Source: a virus (Duplodnaviria; Caudoviricetes). Taken from it: a stretch of DNA of 53,999 nt. The translations under genes and the position numbers were made by a program. The stretch covers positions 1 through 53,999 of IMG/VR virus record IMGVR_UViG_3300034061_004173; one strand, given 5' to 3'. The notes under the pieces were generated by a model. The model had not been told where the DNA came from and made no database searches. It worked only from the letters and a program-made list of their open reading frames with translations. Shown one piece after another: positions 37,867 through 46,697 of the stretch; the stretch's first letter is position 1, and every line of letters begins with the position of its first letter.

Positions 37867-38211
37867 ATGGAAAAATATAAATTAAAAGAAGATATAGTTT
37901 GGGGTCTTTTACAAAATGGCGACCCAAATATAATTTTCAAAAAAGGAGATGTTATACAAGGCATAGAAATTGAAAAATTTGTTTTCAATCAAATGACTAA
38001 AGGAATTGAGTCAAAACCTACTGTTGCAACCGCAAAAGTAAGAACATCAGATGGTTTAGCGTTTGTTCCACTTTCAAGTATTGAAAAAATAAATGAAACT
38101 CCAAGTACTGAACTTGCGCCACAAACATTTTTAGAAAAAAACAAAACTAATTTGCTAATAGTTGGCGTATTGGTTTTAGGATATTTAGCATATAAAAAAT
38201 TTAATAAATAA
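37867..38211 (+). CDS. Beta-barrel (SH3-like) protein with the same C-terminal anchor
   Basis: FKKGDVIQG..FVPLSSIEK; KNKTNLLIVGVLVLGYLAYKKFNK. Confidence 0.6.
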   Translation: MEKYKLKEDIVWGLLQNGDPNIIFKKGDVIQGIEIEKFVFNQMTKGIESKPTVATAKVRTSDGLAFVPLSSIEKINETPSTELAPQTFLEKNKTNLLIVGVLVLGYLAYKKFNK

Positions 38212-38217
38212 AATATT

Positions 38218-38544
38218 ATGGAAACAGAAGTAGCAGTAGCACCCGTTGCAACCGCACCCGTAGCACCTGCACCCGTTGCAACCGCACCCGTAGCACCGTC
38301 AGGCGGTGGAGATGACGTATTTGAAAGTATGGGGTCGCAAAAACCAATGGATTTTAAAAGTTTGCTTGTATTCGGGCTTTTGATTGCGTTTTCAGTATAT
38401 GGAATTACATATTACAGAAAAGCAATTGCAAAACTGAATGAAGACCAAAAACCAAACGATGAATTCCTCAATTTAGTTGATGACGTTGAAGAAGTTAAAT
38501 ACAACGTTAAAAAAGCGTTGGGTAAAAAGTATTCAACAACTTAA
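38218..38544 (+). CDS. Single-TM protein with an APVATAPVAP x2 N-terminus
   Basis: 30-bp tandem repeat at about 38239-38297; LLVFGLLIAFSVYGITYY. Confidence 0.65.
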   Translation: METEVAVAPVATAPVAPAPVATAPVAPSGGGDDVFESMGSQKPMDFKSLLVFGLLIAFSVYGITYYRKAIAKLNEDQKPNDEFLNLVDDVEEVKYNVKKALGKKYSTT

Positions 38545-38554
38545 TAATTAGGTT

Positions 38555-38758
38555 ATGGCAACTGAATCAAATAATGGTAAAGTAGTTTTATTAGCAGTAC
38601 CTTTAGGTCTTGCTATTTACTCTTACTCTAAAGGTTATAGTATTGGTAAAGGCGCTTTAATTACCGTTTTAGGAAGTATAGTAGTTGGCGTTGCATTAGG
38701 AGTAACTTCTGTCGCTTATATGAGTTACAAATTAGCAAACAAAGATTATTTAAAATAA
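38555..38758 (+). CDS. Small two-TM protein
   Basis: Two hydrophobic segments. Confidence 0.6.
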   Translation: MATESNNGKVVLLAVPLGLAIYSYSKGYSIGKGALITVLGSIVVGVALGVTSVAYMSYKLANKDYLK

Positions 38759-38785
38759 CACCAAGTAAATTAACAACAAATTACT

Positions 38786-38968
38786 ATGGAAAAAAGTAAA
38801 GGATTAGGCGATACTGTTGCAAAAATTACTAAATTTACAGGAATTAAAATGATTGTAGATTCAATAACAGAAGATTGCGGTTGTGAAGCAAGACAAGATT
38901 GGTTAAATGGGAAAGTCCCGTATGACGGAAAAAACGTTCAAAGAGTTTTGAAATTTTTTAAAAAATAA
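38786..38968 (+). CDS. Small phage protein (GLGDT..TGIK..CGC)
   Basis: SKGLGDTVAKITKFTGIK..DCGCEARQDWLN. Confidence 0.6.
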   Translation: MEKSKGLGDTVAKITKFTGIKMIVDSITEDCGCEARQDWLNGKVPYDGKNVQRVLKFFKK

Positions 38969-38987
38969 AAGTAAAAACTTTAAAAAT

Positions 38988-39203
38988 ATGAAAATAAACG
39001 AAATTAGAACAGAAACGATAGAAGAATTTCAAAAGAGCCAAGCAATTAGGGTTATTGATGTTTTTGTTATTGCTCCAATTTGTGTTTATGCAGGATTAAA
39101 AGGTAAAACATTGCCAAAATTTATACAATTAAGTTTAATTGTTATTGGAGTTTCTACTTTTTATTATAACGGAAAAAATTATTTAAAAAACAAAAACAAT
39201 TAA
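38988..39203 (+). CDS. Small two-TM protein
   Basis: IRVIDVFVIAP..LIVIGVSTFYYNGKNY. Confidence 0.6.
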   Translation: MKINEIRTETIEEFQKSQAIRVIDVFVIAPICVYAGLKGKTLPKFIQLSLIVIGVSTFYYNGKNYLKNKNN

Positions 39204-39214
39204 AAACAGAAATT

Positions 39215-39352
39215 ATGGCAAAAGCGGTAAACGGGTATTTCAAAGCAATGTTGGAAGCCAAAAAGAACAATTCAGCATCATTTACTTATAACGGTAAAAC
39301 GTATGTAGCATCAAAAACCAAAACAGGTATGACTGTTTACAAAGCAAAATAA
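39215..39352 (+). CDS. 45-aa basic protein, possibly DNA-binding (not in ORF track)
   Basis: MAKAVNGYFKAMLEAKKNNSASFTYNGKTYVASKTKTGMTVYKAK. Confidence 0.6.
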   Translation: MAKAVNGYFKAMLEAKKNNSASFTYNGKTYVASKTKTGMTVYKAK

Positions 39353-39374
39353 TTAATTCTTAAAATTAAAAATT

Positions 39375-39647
39375 ATGAATACAAGAGATATAGTTTTAGT
39401 AGGAGCAGGAGTAGTATTTGGCTATTTATTGGTTGGTTATTTAAAAAAATCAAAAGACAATTCAGGTTCTACTGATGAAATTGTAACAACAGACGCAATT
39501 CTTCCCGCACCCGACCAAGCGACAATAGACGCTTGTAATAAAGAAGCGGACGATTTTATGGCAACAATTAGACCATCAGCAGGAGCAGATTTAGGTCAGA
39601 TAAGAAAAGAAAAATTTGAATCTTGTATCGCAAGTAAACAAGTTTAA
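39375..39647 (+). CDS. N-terminal TM protein with a 2-Cys C-terminal domain
   Basis: Paralog of the next gene. Confidence 0.65.
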   Translation: MNTRDIVLVGAGVVFGYLLVGYLKKSKDNSGSTDEIVTTDAILPAPDQATIDACNKEADDFMATIRPSAGADLGQIRKEKFESCIASKQV

Positions 39648-39656
39648 AGATTAGTA

Positions 39657-39980
39657 ATGGATAAAAGAACAATAATTTTATTTGGTGCAGGATTTGTAGT
39701 TGGTTACTTTTTAATTAAAATGAGAAGTAATAAAAATGCTACGGCATCAATTAATAAAGCGTTTCCTGATAGTTCAAGTCAGACAGAACCACCTAAAGTT
39801 TTAGGTGGGGAAATTGACGAATCAGTAGAAGAAAAAAAAAATGAAGAAGTTATTGACCCAAGAATAGACCCTTGTAAAGAAAAATGGCTAAAGTTTTCAA
39901 GTACTGTAAAATTTACTTCTCAAGAACAAATGCAAAGTACTTATAATAATTATATGACTACCTGTGTAGCGCAATCTTAA
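39657..39980 (+). CDS. N-terminal TM protein with a 2-Cys C-terminal domain
   Basis: RTIILFGAGFVVGYFLI; IDPC..TCVA. Confidence 0.65.
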   Translation: MDKRTIILFGAGFVVGYFLIKMRSNKNATASINKAFPDSSSQTEPPKVLGGEIDESVEEKKNEEVIDPRIDPCKEKWLKFSSTVKFTSQEQMQSTYNNYMTTCVAQS

Positions 39981-39992
39981 TTTAAAGATACT

Positions 39993-40637
39993 ATGGAATT
40001 TAATGACATAACATACGGAAATCCAACTCAAGACCAATTAGCATTCATAAATGGTACTTGTTTAGTAGATGACCTATTTGATACTTTTAAGGATTTAGTA
40101 ATACCTAAAAACGATTCTGAATTAGTTAAGGACGAACTTAACGAAATTAAAGATAGTATTGATATTGTTTTGCAACCTGAAAACCAAAACTATCTAAAAA
40201 GATATTTAGCGTATGATAGGCATTTAATTCAAGCAATATCAAGCATATTTAAACAAAAAGATATTGAGGTTGAAGAATTGATTACAGAAATAGTTAAAGA
40301 CATTCAAAATTTAATTTTTAAACTTAAATTTCATTATCAAAGACCAAGACCTTTTCAGTTGGCTCAATATTATAAGTTAAAACTTTTTCCTTATAAAAGT
40401 CTTTCTGCTAATACGCCATCATATCCGTCAGGACATACAATTCAATCAATAGTGATTCTAAATGTAATTGGTAATAAGTACCCAACGGAATATCAATATT
40501 GTAAAGAATTAATTGAAGATATTACTTATAGTCGTATTTATTTAGGAGTTCATTTCCCAAGCGATAATGATGGGGGCAGGGAAATAGGAAAAGCGATTTT
40601 AAAGCACCCTGAATTCACGAAAAAATACGGAATTTAA
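39993..40637 (+). CDS. PAP2 / haloperoxidase-superfamily phosphatase
   Basis: KFHYQRPRP, PSYPSGH and SRIYLGVHFPSD, all three motifs present. Confidence 0.9.
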   Translation: MEFNDITYGNPTQDQLAFINGTCLVDDLFDTFKDLVIPKNDSELVKDELNEIKDSIDIVLQPENQNYLKRYLAYDRHLIQAISSIFKQKDIEVEELITEIVKDIQNLIFKLKFHYQRPRPFQLAQYYKLKLFPYKSLSANTPSYPSGHTIQSIVILNVIGNKYPTEYQYCKELIEDITYSRIYLGVHFPSDNDGGREIGKAILKHPEFTKKYGI

Positions 40638-40664
40638 TAACCAAGAACAATAACAACAACAACA

Positions 40665-41051
40665 ATGAAACACGAGGAATATGAACTACAAAAATCAGTA
40701 GCACGTTATTTATCTTACCAATATCCTGATGTTGATTTTTTATCAGATACAATAGCATCTGTAAAATTAACTGAAAGACAAGCGGGTAGAAATAAACTTG
40801 TTCAGAAAAATGGTTTTAAATGCCCTGACGTTTTAATTCTTGAACCACGAAAAGGTTTTTGTGGGCTTTTTATAGAATTAAAAATAGATACGCCTTTTAA
40901 AAAGGACGGTACAATTAAGGCTTCTTCTAAAGACCACTTAAAACTACAACACGAATGTTTGCAAAAACTATCCCTAAAAGGCTATAAGGCTGAATTTTCG
41001 TGGTCTTTTGATATGACTAAACAAATCATAGACGAATACTTAAACGGATAG
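40665..41051 (+). CDS. PD-(D/E)xK nuclease, VRR-NUC/resolvase-like
   Basis: PDVLIL..GLFIELK..Q..L..KGYKA. Confidence 0.75.
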   Translation: MKHEEYELQKSVARYLSYQYPDVDFLSDTIASVKLTERQAGRNKLVQKNGFKCPDVLILEPRKGFCGLFIELKIDTPFKKDGTIKASSKDHLKLQHECLQKLSLKGYKAEFSWSFDMTKQIIDEYLNG

Positions 41052-41053
41052 AT

Positions 41054-41497
41054 ATGGATAACCAAAACAACAACGTGTCTATTGTCTTTAAGGAATTAGA
41101 CAAGACAATTCAAATAATCGGAACGGACAAACTAATTGAAATTTTAAAATACTCAAGAAAAAATCCACCAACTCTAAATCAAGAGCAAATAGAACAAGCA
41201 TTGAAGTTAGTTCAGGTGGTTTGTGATGAATTTAAAATATCATTAGAAGATATTTTTGATATGAAACGAAAAAACAATCGAAGAATATCAATAGGCGTTT
41301 GCGCATTTGTTATACAGAAAGAATTAAATCTTGATAACTCAAACATATCATACATTTTGAAAAAACCTGACACTTTAGTATCTTTGTACAAACAAGAAAT
41401 TTTAAGGTTAAATTCAAAACACCCGTCAGACAGACAAATTTTAGAAAAGATTGACAAAATTAATGCTAACATAGATAAATTATTTAAAAATGATTAA
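41054..41497 (+). CDS. Helical protein, possibly DnaA C-terminal-like HTH
   Basis: VVCDEFKISLEDI..RR..ISYILKK pattern. Confidence 0.45.
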   Translation: MDNQNNNVSIVFKELDKTIQIIGTDKLIEILKYSRKNPPTLNQEQIEQALKLVQVVCDEFKISLEDIFDMKRKNNRRISIGVCAFVIQKELNLDNSNISYILKKPDTLVSLYKQEILRLNSKHPSDRQILEKIDKINANIDKLFKND

Positions 41498-42599
41498 CCA
41501 AGAAAACTTTGAAAACATAGAGGACGCTGAAATTATCAATGACGATTTCTCGCCTTTAGACGCACCTGTAAAACAAAGGTCGTACACACAACACAAATTA
41601 GGGGATTTAGAAGAAATGGGGGAATTGGAAGAACCTACTTTTGAAAGACCAAGTTTCGCAGACCTTGACGGAGATAGCGAAGAGGCATCTGCTGAACCCG
41701 AAAGACCTTTTAATGAAAGTTTTTCTCAATTAGACGGTAAGGAAAAAACTATGGGGGCTGAAATGATGGCTGAAATGACTTTGGACATTTATGAAAAAGG
41801 TTGTTTCTATATGGGTAAAATCCCTGAAATCAGCGAATCTAAAATTGATAAATTAATTGCAGAGGGGGAAATTGACCCGTCAATCCAACTTCAAACAGAA
41901 GCGGGTGCAATGCCTATTAAAGATTTCGCAGTAGAATTTAATGATAGCATTAAAGAAGCGTTTGTTGTAACAGATGAATTTAAGGATAAAGTAAAAGCCC
42001 CATTAATCCGTGTTTTCAAAAAACGTGGTATCGGAATGACTGATGAGCAATTGTTGATGTACTACTTTGGTACTGACATTGCTACAAAAGGCGCACAAGC
42101 ATTTATGTTGAAGAAAACAACTAATAGCATTTTAGATTCTTTAAGAGAAAATACTATGGCTATGAGAGAGCAACAAGTGAGAACTGAAACACCAAGACCT
42201 CCTCAACCTGAACCTTTTAGAGATACAACTTCAAGACCGAGAAATATAAACGAAACTGATGCTGAACCAACATATAATGACGATGTTTCTTACACAGATG
42301 ATATTGCCGAAGTTATGTCAGAGCCTATTGAAAGAACACCAAGAAAACGTGAAAGAAGTGCGCCTAAAACTAATTTAGACGAACAATTGGCTTATTTTGA
42401 ACCTGAAGAACAAGGCGTTTATAGTAATTTAAAAGATAACGGCGGATTTACTGATGATTTCCAAGAAGTAGCAGGTATGCCACAATTCGGCGACCCCGCA
42501 ATACTTTCTGAATTAGAAAGATTAAGCGGTAACGACCCAAGCAAACCTGTAAGAAAGAAAAGAACAACCGCAGTTAAAAAACCAAGAGGTAAAAAATAA
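41490..42599 (+). CDS. Acidic hypothetical protein with a basic C-terminal tail, upstream of the packaging ATPase
   Basis: 369-aa ORF. Confidence 0.7.
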   Translation: MINQENFENIEDAEIINDDFSPLDAPVKQRSYTQHKLGDLEEMGELEEPTFERPSFADLDGDSEEASAEPERPFNESFSQLDGKEKTMGAEMMAEMTLDIYEKGCFYMGKIPEISESKIDKLIAEGEIDPSIQLQTEAGAMPIKDFAVEFNDSIKEAFVVTDEFKDKVKAPLIRVFKKRGIGMTDEQLLMYYFGTDIATKGAQAFMLKKTTNSILDSLRENTMAMREQQVRTETPRPPQPEPFRDTTSRPRNINETDAEPTYNDDVSYTDDIAEVMSEPIERTPRKRERSAPKTNLDEQLAYFEPEEQGVYSNLKDNGGFTDDFQEVAGMPQFGDPAILSELERLSGNDPSKPVRKKRTTAVKKPRGKK

Positions 42600-42717
42600 T
42601 GGCAACCAACGTTACGAATAATCAAAACAACAATAACAATCCTTTTTGGGTTGTTTTGTTGTTGTTATTTATTTGGTTTGTGTATATTATTTACAAACTA
42701 TACAACACTATTTAATT

Positions 42718-43536
42718 ATGGAAATTAGAGAACCAAAATTAGGCGTTGCGGTAGGAAGAAAAGGTTGTGGAAAAACCTATACAACTACCAAGATGATTAA
42801 ACAATATGTTTTAGGAAATCCCGCAAAAGGTGTTCCTGCAAGACGTGCATTAATACTTGACGTTAATGATGAATTTGAAGATATTAAAGCATTAAAACAA
42901 TCAGATATTGTTAGGTTTTCGGCGCACCCTAAAATTGAAGCAAGAAGAATAAGACCGTTTCACGATAACGGAGTTAGAATGACTTTAAGAGAAATTCAAG
43001 AAGTATTATTTAAAATATTAAACGATTATAGAGGTGGATTATTACTTATCGAAGACATTAACAGGTATGTTTCGGATTATCTTCCGAATGACCTTGTTGG
43101 CGCAATCTGTACTAACAGACACACGGACACAGACATTATTCTTCACTTTCAGTCAATAGGTAGGATTTCTCCTAAAATTTGGCAGAATTTGAATTGGATT
43201 AGATTTCATAAAATTACAGATGATGTAATTAAGCACAGGAATAAGTTTGAGGAAAAATTAGAATTACTTTTATTAGTAGAATCTTATATTAATACGCAGT
43301 ACGAAGAGGGCGACAAAAGAGTTTTTACTTATGTAGATATTGACGATGAAAAGGTATTAGTTAAAGATAGAGCAAGGTTTGAAAAAATAATTGAAACTTA
43401 TCTTATTGCTAATCAAAAGAAACTTTTAGTTCCTTTGACATTAAAAAATCCGCTTGTCAAGAACTCTAAACCCTTAACACTTGAGGGAGCGTTAAAACAT
43501 AAGACACAATTACTTATGAAACAGTATGTAGGATAA
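42718..43536 (+). CDS. FtsK-HerA superfamily genome-packaging ATPase (A32 / PRD1-P9 / STIV-B204 type); true start is probably ATG 42718
   Basis: GRKGCGKT Walker A near the N-terminus; LLLIED Walker B; NRH..IILHFQ..ISPKIWQN matches the A32-type RH..Q motif; about 270 aa with no nuclease domain. Confidence 0.7.
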   Translation: MEIREPKLGVAVGRKGCGKTYTTTKMIKQYVLGNPAKGVPARRALILDVNDEFEDIKALKQSDIVRFSAHPKIEARRIRPFHDNGVRMTLREIQEVLFKILNDYRGGLLLIEDINRYVSDYLPNDLVGAICTNRHTDTDIILHFQSIGRISPKIWQNLNWIRFHKITDDVIKHRNKFEEKLELLLLVESYINTQYEEGDKRVFTYVDIDDEKVLVKDRARFEKIIETYLIANQKKLLVPLTLKNPLVKNSKPLTLEGALKHKTQLLMKQYVG

Positions 43537-43573
43537 AAAAATAGCGAGGTTTTGCATAAATCTCGCTTTTTTT
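43536..43573 (+). terminator. Intrinsic terminator
   Basis: AGCGAG..CTCGCT stem followed by a T-tract. Confidence 0.7.
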
Positions 43574-43583
43574 ACTAATTTTG
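43551..43583 (+). promoter_or_regulatory. Bacteroidota promoter for the lysis cassette, overlapping the terminator
   Basis: TTTG 43551-43554, 21 nt, TAATTTTG 43576-43583. Confidence 0.55.
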
Positions 43584-43657
43584 ATATAAATTACAACTTT
43601 GTAATTTACGCAACCAAGAAACTTTAATTTATTAATAAACAATTAAAAATTAAAGTT

Positions 43658-43936
43658 ATGCAAAAAAAAGAACAAGAAAAAAGATGGCTTATCACAAAGT
43701 TTTTTTGTGAAAAAAACGAACCAAGTTCTAAAAGACTCGTAGGTATTTTTGGTTCATTCTCATTATTCGTAACACTTTTTGCGAATAGTTTCTCTCACGT
43801 TGACAAAGCACCGAGCGATGGTTTAGTTCAAGCAGTTGCGCTTTTATCATTTGGCGCATTAGGTATCACAGGTTTTGAAAGAATATTTTCAAAGAAAGAG
43901 CCTGTTGCTAAAAACGAAGAAAATTCTCCTGAATAA
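43658..43936 (+). CDS. Putative holin (two TM)
   Basis: SSKR followed by two TM helices, directly before the endolysin. Confidence 0.6.
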   Translation: MQKKEQEKRWLITKFFCEKNEPSSKRLVGIFGSFSLFVTLFANSFSHVDKAPSDGLVQAVALLSFGALGITGFERIFSKKEPVAKNEENSPE

Positions 43937-43964
43937 AACAATCAACAATTAAAAATTAAAAATT

Positions 43965-44432
43965 ATGAAATTATCAGAACATTTAGACTTGTCAGAAGTT
44001 ACTCGTAGCGATATGGCAAAAAGAAGAGGGTTAAGCAATATGCCTACTCCTGAACACATTGAAAACTTTAAAATTTTGGCAGAAAATATTTTTGAGCCAA
44101 TTCGTAAACATTTTGGCGTACCAATATTTGTGTCGTCAGGGTACAGAAGCAAGGCTCTTAATACTGCTATTGGCGGGAGTTTGACAAGCCAACATTGCTT
44201 GGGTCAAGCCCTTGACCTTGATATGGACGGAACTAAAAATGGTGTAACAAATAAAATGGTTTTTGATTACATCAAAGCAAATTTAAACTACGACCAATTA
44301 ATTTGGGAATTTGGAACTAAAGACAATCCTGATTGGGTACACGTTTCTTATAATCCAAAAGGTAAGCAACGTAAACAAACTTTACGAGCAATTAAATCAG
44401 GTGGAAAAACCGCATATCAACCTTATGCCTAA
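43965..44432 (+). CDS. Peptidase M15 endolysin
   Basis: SSGYRS..N..IGG..SQHCLGQALD..WVHVS. Confidence 0.9.
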   Translation: MKLSEHLDLSEVTRSDMAKRRGLSNMPTPEHIENFKILAENIFEPIRKHFGVPIFVSSGYRSKALNTAIGGSLTSQHCLGQALDLDMDGTKNGVTNKMVFDYIKANLNYDQLIWEFGTKDNPDWVHVSYNPKGKQRKQTLRAIKSGGKTAYQPYA

Positions 44433-44805
44433 TATAGAAGACATTTCAAAAAAATTCACTCCGATATATTTTTTCGGAGTGATTTTTATGCTTTTGCTTT
44501 TTTACATTATGTTTAATGGTTTAGTTTCAAATCATAATGTAAAAGATTTAAAGAACCAAATAAACACTATCCAAGAAAACGTAGATGGTATTTATAAAGA
44601 GAACGAAAAAATCGACAAGAAAATTGACGGTTTCAAATCTGTTATAACACAGATAGACAAAGACATCACTATAAACAACACGAAAATTGATAATCTAAAG
44701 AAATATGAAAAAGACACAAAAGATTCTTTTAGGACTTATGATGCTGATATGTGGGAACGCTATTTCGCAGACAGGTACGCAGACAAAGGACAACAAGGAG
44801 AATAA
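44425..44805 (+). CDS. Spanin-like TM plus coiled-coil protein; true start is probably ATG 44425
   Basis: IYFFGVIFMLLLFYIMF followed by a coiled coil; overlaps the endolysin stop. Confidence 0.55.
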   Translation: MPNIEDISKKFTPIYFFGVIFMLLLFYIMFNGLVSNHNVKDLKNQINTIQENVDGIYKENEKIDKKIDGFKSVITQIDKDITINNTKIDNLKKYEKDTKDSFRTYDADMWERYFADRYADKGQQGE

Positions 44806-45143
44806 GAACCTCATTCGTATAGATACAATCATAGCGAAAAAAGATAGCAAACGACCTTGTTAGTGGAGATGTTTGTAAAGAAGAAATTAAGTTAGTTAAA
44901 GAGAATTTATCGCTTACTGAAAAAAAGGTAGTTGTAAAAGATAGCATAATAAAAGGATTAGAAGAACAAAAATTTAATCTTAATGCAATCATTTCTGAAA
45001 AAGACAAACAGTTTCAATTACAAAAAGACATATCGGACTCTTTTAGAAAAGATTTGTCCAAACAAAAAAGAACTACTTTTATGTATAAGGCTTTGTCTTT
45101 AATAGGGATTGCTTCAACAGGTATTTTAATCCTTACAAAATAA
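44705..45143 (+). pseudogene. Second spanin-like gene (signal peptide, coiled coil, C-terminal TM) interrupted by a +1 frameshift in the A6 run at 44837-44842
   Basis: MKKTQKILLGLMMLICGNAISQT..IIAKK, then +1 frame IANDLVSGDVCKEE..ALSLIGIASTGILILTK*. Confidence 0.7.
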
Positions 45144-45194
45144 TTTAAAATAGTTTGAAAAAAATTAGTTTAAGATAAAGTAGGCGTTAACATA

Positions 45195-45224
45195 TTGATA
45201 ACGTAAATTTATATTATACTTTTG
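45195..45224 (+). promoter_or_regulatory. Bacteroidota promoter upstream of the capsid unit
   Basis: TTG 45195-45197, 19 nt, TACTTTTG 45217-45224. Confidence 0.55.
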
Positions 45225-45289
45225 ACTTGATATTATTTCTGTAAATAATTATCATTAAAAATAAGTTTAATCAAAAAAATCATTCTGTA

Positions 45290-45418
45290 ATGAAAAACGA
45301 AATTGTTCCTTTATTGAAAAGTGTTGCCGTAGTTGTTGTAGGTGTTTTAGTTGCGAATTATGTTCAAACAACATTATTGGCGAAAAAAACTACTGCTCCT
45401 GCTTCTACAACAGTATAA
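45290..45418 (+). CDS. 42-aa TM peptide preceding the capsid candidate (not in ORF track)
   Basis: MKNEIVPLLKSVAVVVVGVLVANYVQTTLLAKKTTAPASTTV. Confidence 0.65.
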   Translation: MKNEIVPLLKSVAVVVVGVLVANYVQTTLLAKKTTAPASTTV

Positions 45419-45472
45419 TTTGGTGTCAAACCGAGTTTAAAAAGAGTTATTAAATTATAAAAACAAAACAAA

Positions 45473-46174
45473 ATGTCAAACGTAAGAAGATATTTAAGTA
45501 ATGCACGTCAGAGTGCAATGGAATCTTTCTCAAATGCAGACGGATTTATCGACCAAGACTTGTCGTTCACAGGAGATGATTTCTTCAGAGCAGACGGTGG
45601 AATGTCAATGGGTGGAGATATTCAAACATCTCAACCATATATTATCAACGTGACTTCTACATCAGGGTCAGCAGTTGCTAATTTTGACGTATTAGGTTCA
45701 TACCAATACATCAACAACGCAGGTTTCCAAACAAATGGAAATTTAGTTATCGGTTCTATAACAATTAGTTCAGGAATCCCTAACATTAACTACCAAGAGA
45801 TGTTGTATCAATTTATGAACAACCCATATTCTGTTGGTTTAACTTACATTCAATCGGCTACTGCTAACCAAGTGTTACAAACATTAGCGGTTAACACGAG
45901 AGATGCGAATGGTAACTTGGCGCAAAAAACATTAGTGCCAACAATTGACCCATATCAGTTACAGACTACAATTATCGCAATGAAGTATGCTTACAGAATT
46001 GATGGTTTCACAAAAATCACAATTGCTCAAGTGTTAGCAAACGCTACTGTATCGTTATACTTCTACCCTGCTGATAACATCAACCTTGCGAGAGCATTAG
46101 GTGGACAACCTGTAAGCAGACAATTCGGAACGCCTCCTGTAACTAATGGTCAAACTATTAAGTTAAGAGCGTAA
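45473..46174 (+). CDS. Candidate major capsid protein (beta-rich, single jelly-roll sized) with an N-terminal leader ending in FSNADG/FFRADGG
   Basis: Alternating beta-strand pattern; low charge; C-ending codons (ttc, aac, atc, tac) enriched as in highly expressed genes; own promoter and terminator; close to the packaging ATPase. Confidence 0.55.
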   Translation: MSNVRRYLSNARQSAMESFSNADGFIDQDLSFTGDDFFRADGGMSMGGDIQTSQPYIINVTSTSGSAVANFDVLGSYQYINNAGFQTNGNLVIGSITISSGIPNINYQEMLYQFMNNPYSVGLTYIQSATANQVLQTLAVNTRDANGNLAQKTLVPTIDPYQLQTTIIAMKYAYRIDGFTKITIAQVLANATVSLYFYPADNINLARALGGQPVSRQFGTPPVTNGQTIKLRA

Positions 46175-46212
46175 CTATCAGAAATGATATAACGAATTAA
46201 TGTATAATTTAG

Positions 46213-46250
46213 AAAGAGAGCAAGTGATTCATTTCTACTTGCTCTTTTTT
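46213..46250 (+). terminator. Intrinsic terminator after the capsid candidate
   Basis: AGAGCAAGT..ACTTGCTCT followed by a T-tract. Confidence 0.8.
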
Positions 46251-46268
46251 GCTTAAAAAATAAAAATT

Positions 46269-46694
46269 ATGAACGTATTCAAATATGTTGCAGAGTCTAA
46301 TCCGAATGGTGCGGTGCAAATAATCAATTCATTTGGTTATGATGTTACAAGCAATTCTGATTTAGGCAAGAGTTTGAGTGAGTTAGTAGCCGAAGTGGGA
46401 GAACCTGCTTTTAAGAAAGTTATAGACAACCACCCCGACAAAGATGTTATTTTAGAATTATACGCAAGTGAAAATACTAAAGATAAAGATAAAGAATGTG
46501 ATTGTGATAGTTGCAGAAGTAAAAGAATGATAAATGACCATTTACAATATCTTAATGTAACAGGTAGTGGTAAATTTGCTGATGAAAAATCATCAAATTC
46601 TTCAACAAACACTCATTTATTAGCAAATCAAACAAACGTTATTTTAGTAGTTTCTGCTTTGTTCATAGCGACTGCATTAATCTTAAAAAAATAA
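46269..46694 (+). CDS. C-terminal TM protein with a Cys cluster
   Basis: CDCDSC; YLNVTG; ILVVSALFIATALILKK. Confidence 0.65.
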   Translation: MNVFKYVAESNPNGAVQIINSFGYDVTSNSDLGKSLSELVAEVGEPAFKKVIDNHPDKDVILELYASENTKDKDKECDCDSCRSKRMINDHLQYLNVTGSGKFADEKSSNSSTNTHLLANQTNVILVVSALFIATALILKK

Positions 46695-46697
46695 AAA

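Noticed and set aside
42718-43536. ATPase as terminase large subunit
   Set aside because: Too short, no nuclease domain, and it has the RH..Q motif of the FtsK-HerA/A32 type
44837-44843. A_AAA_AAG programmed -1 frameshift
   Set aside because: The heptamer is in phase with the downstream frame, and joining the two halves needs +1, not -1
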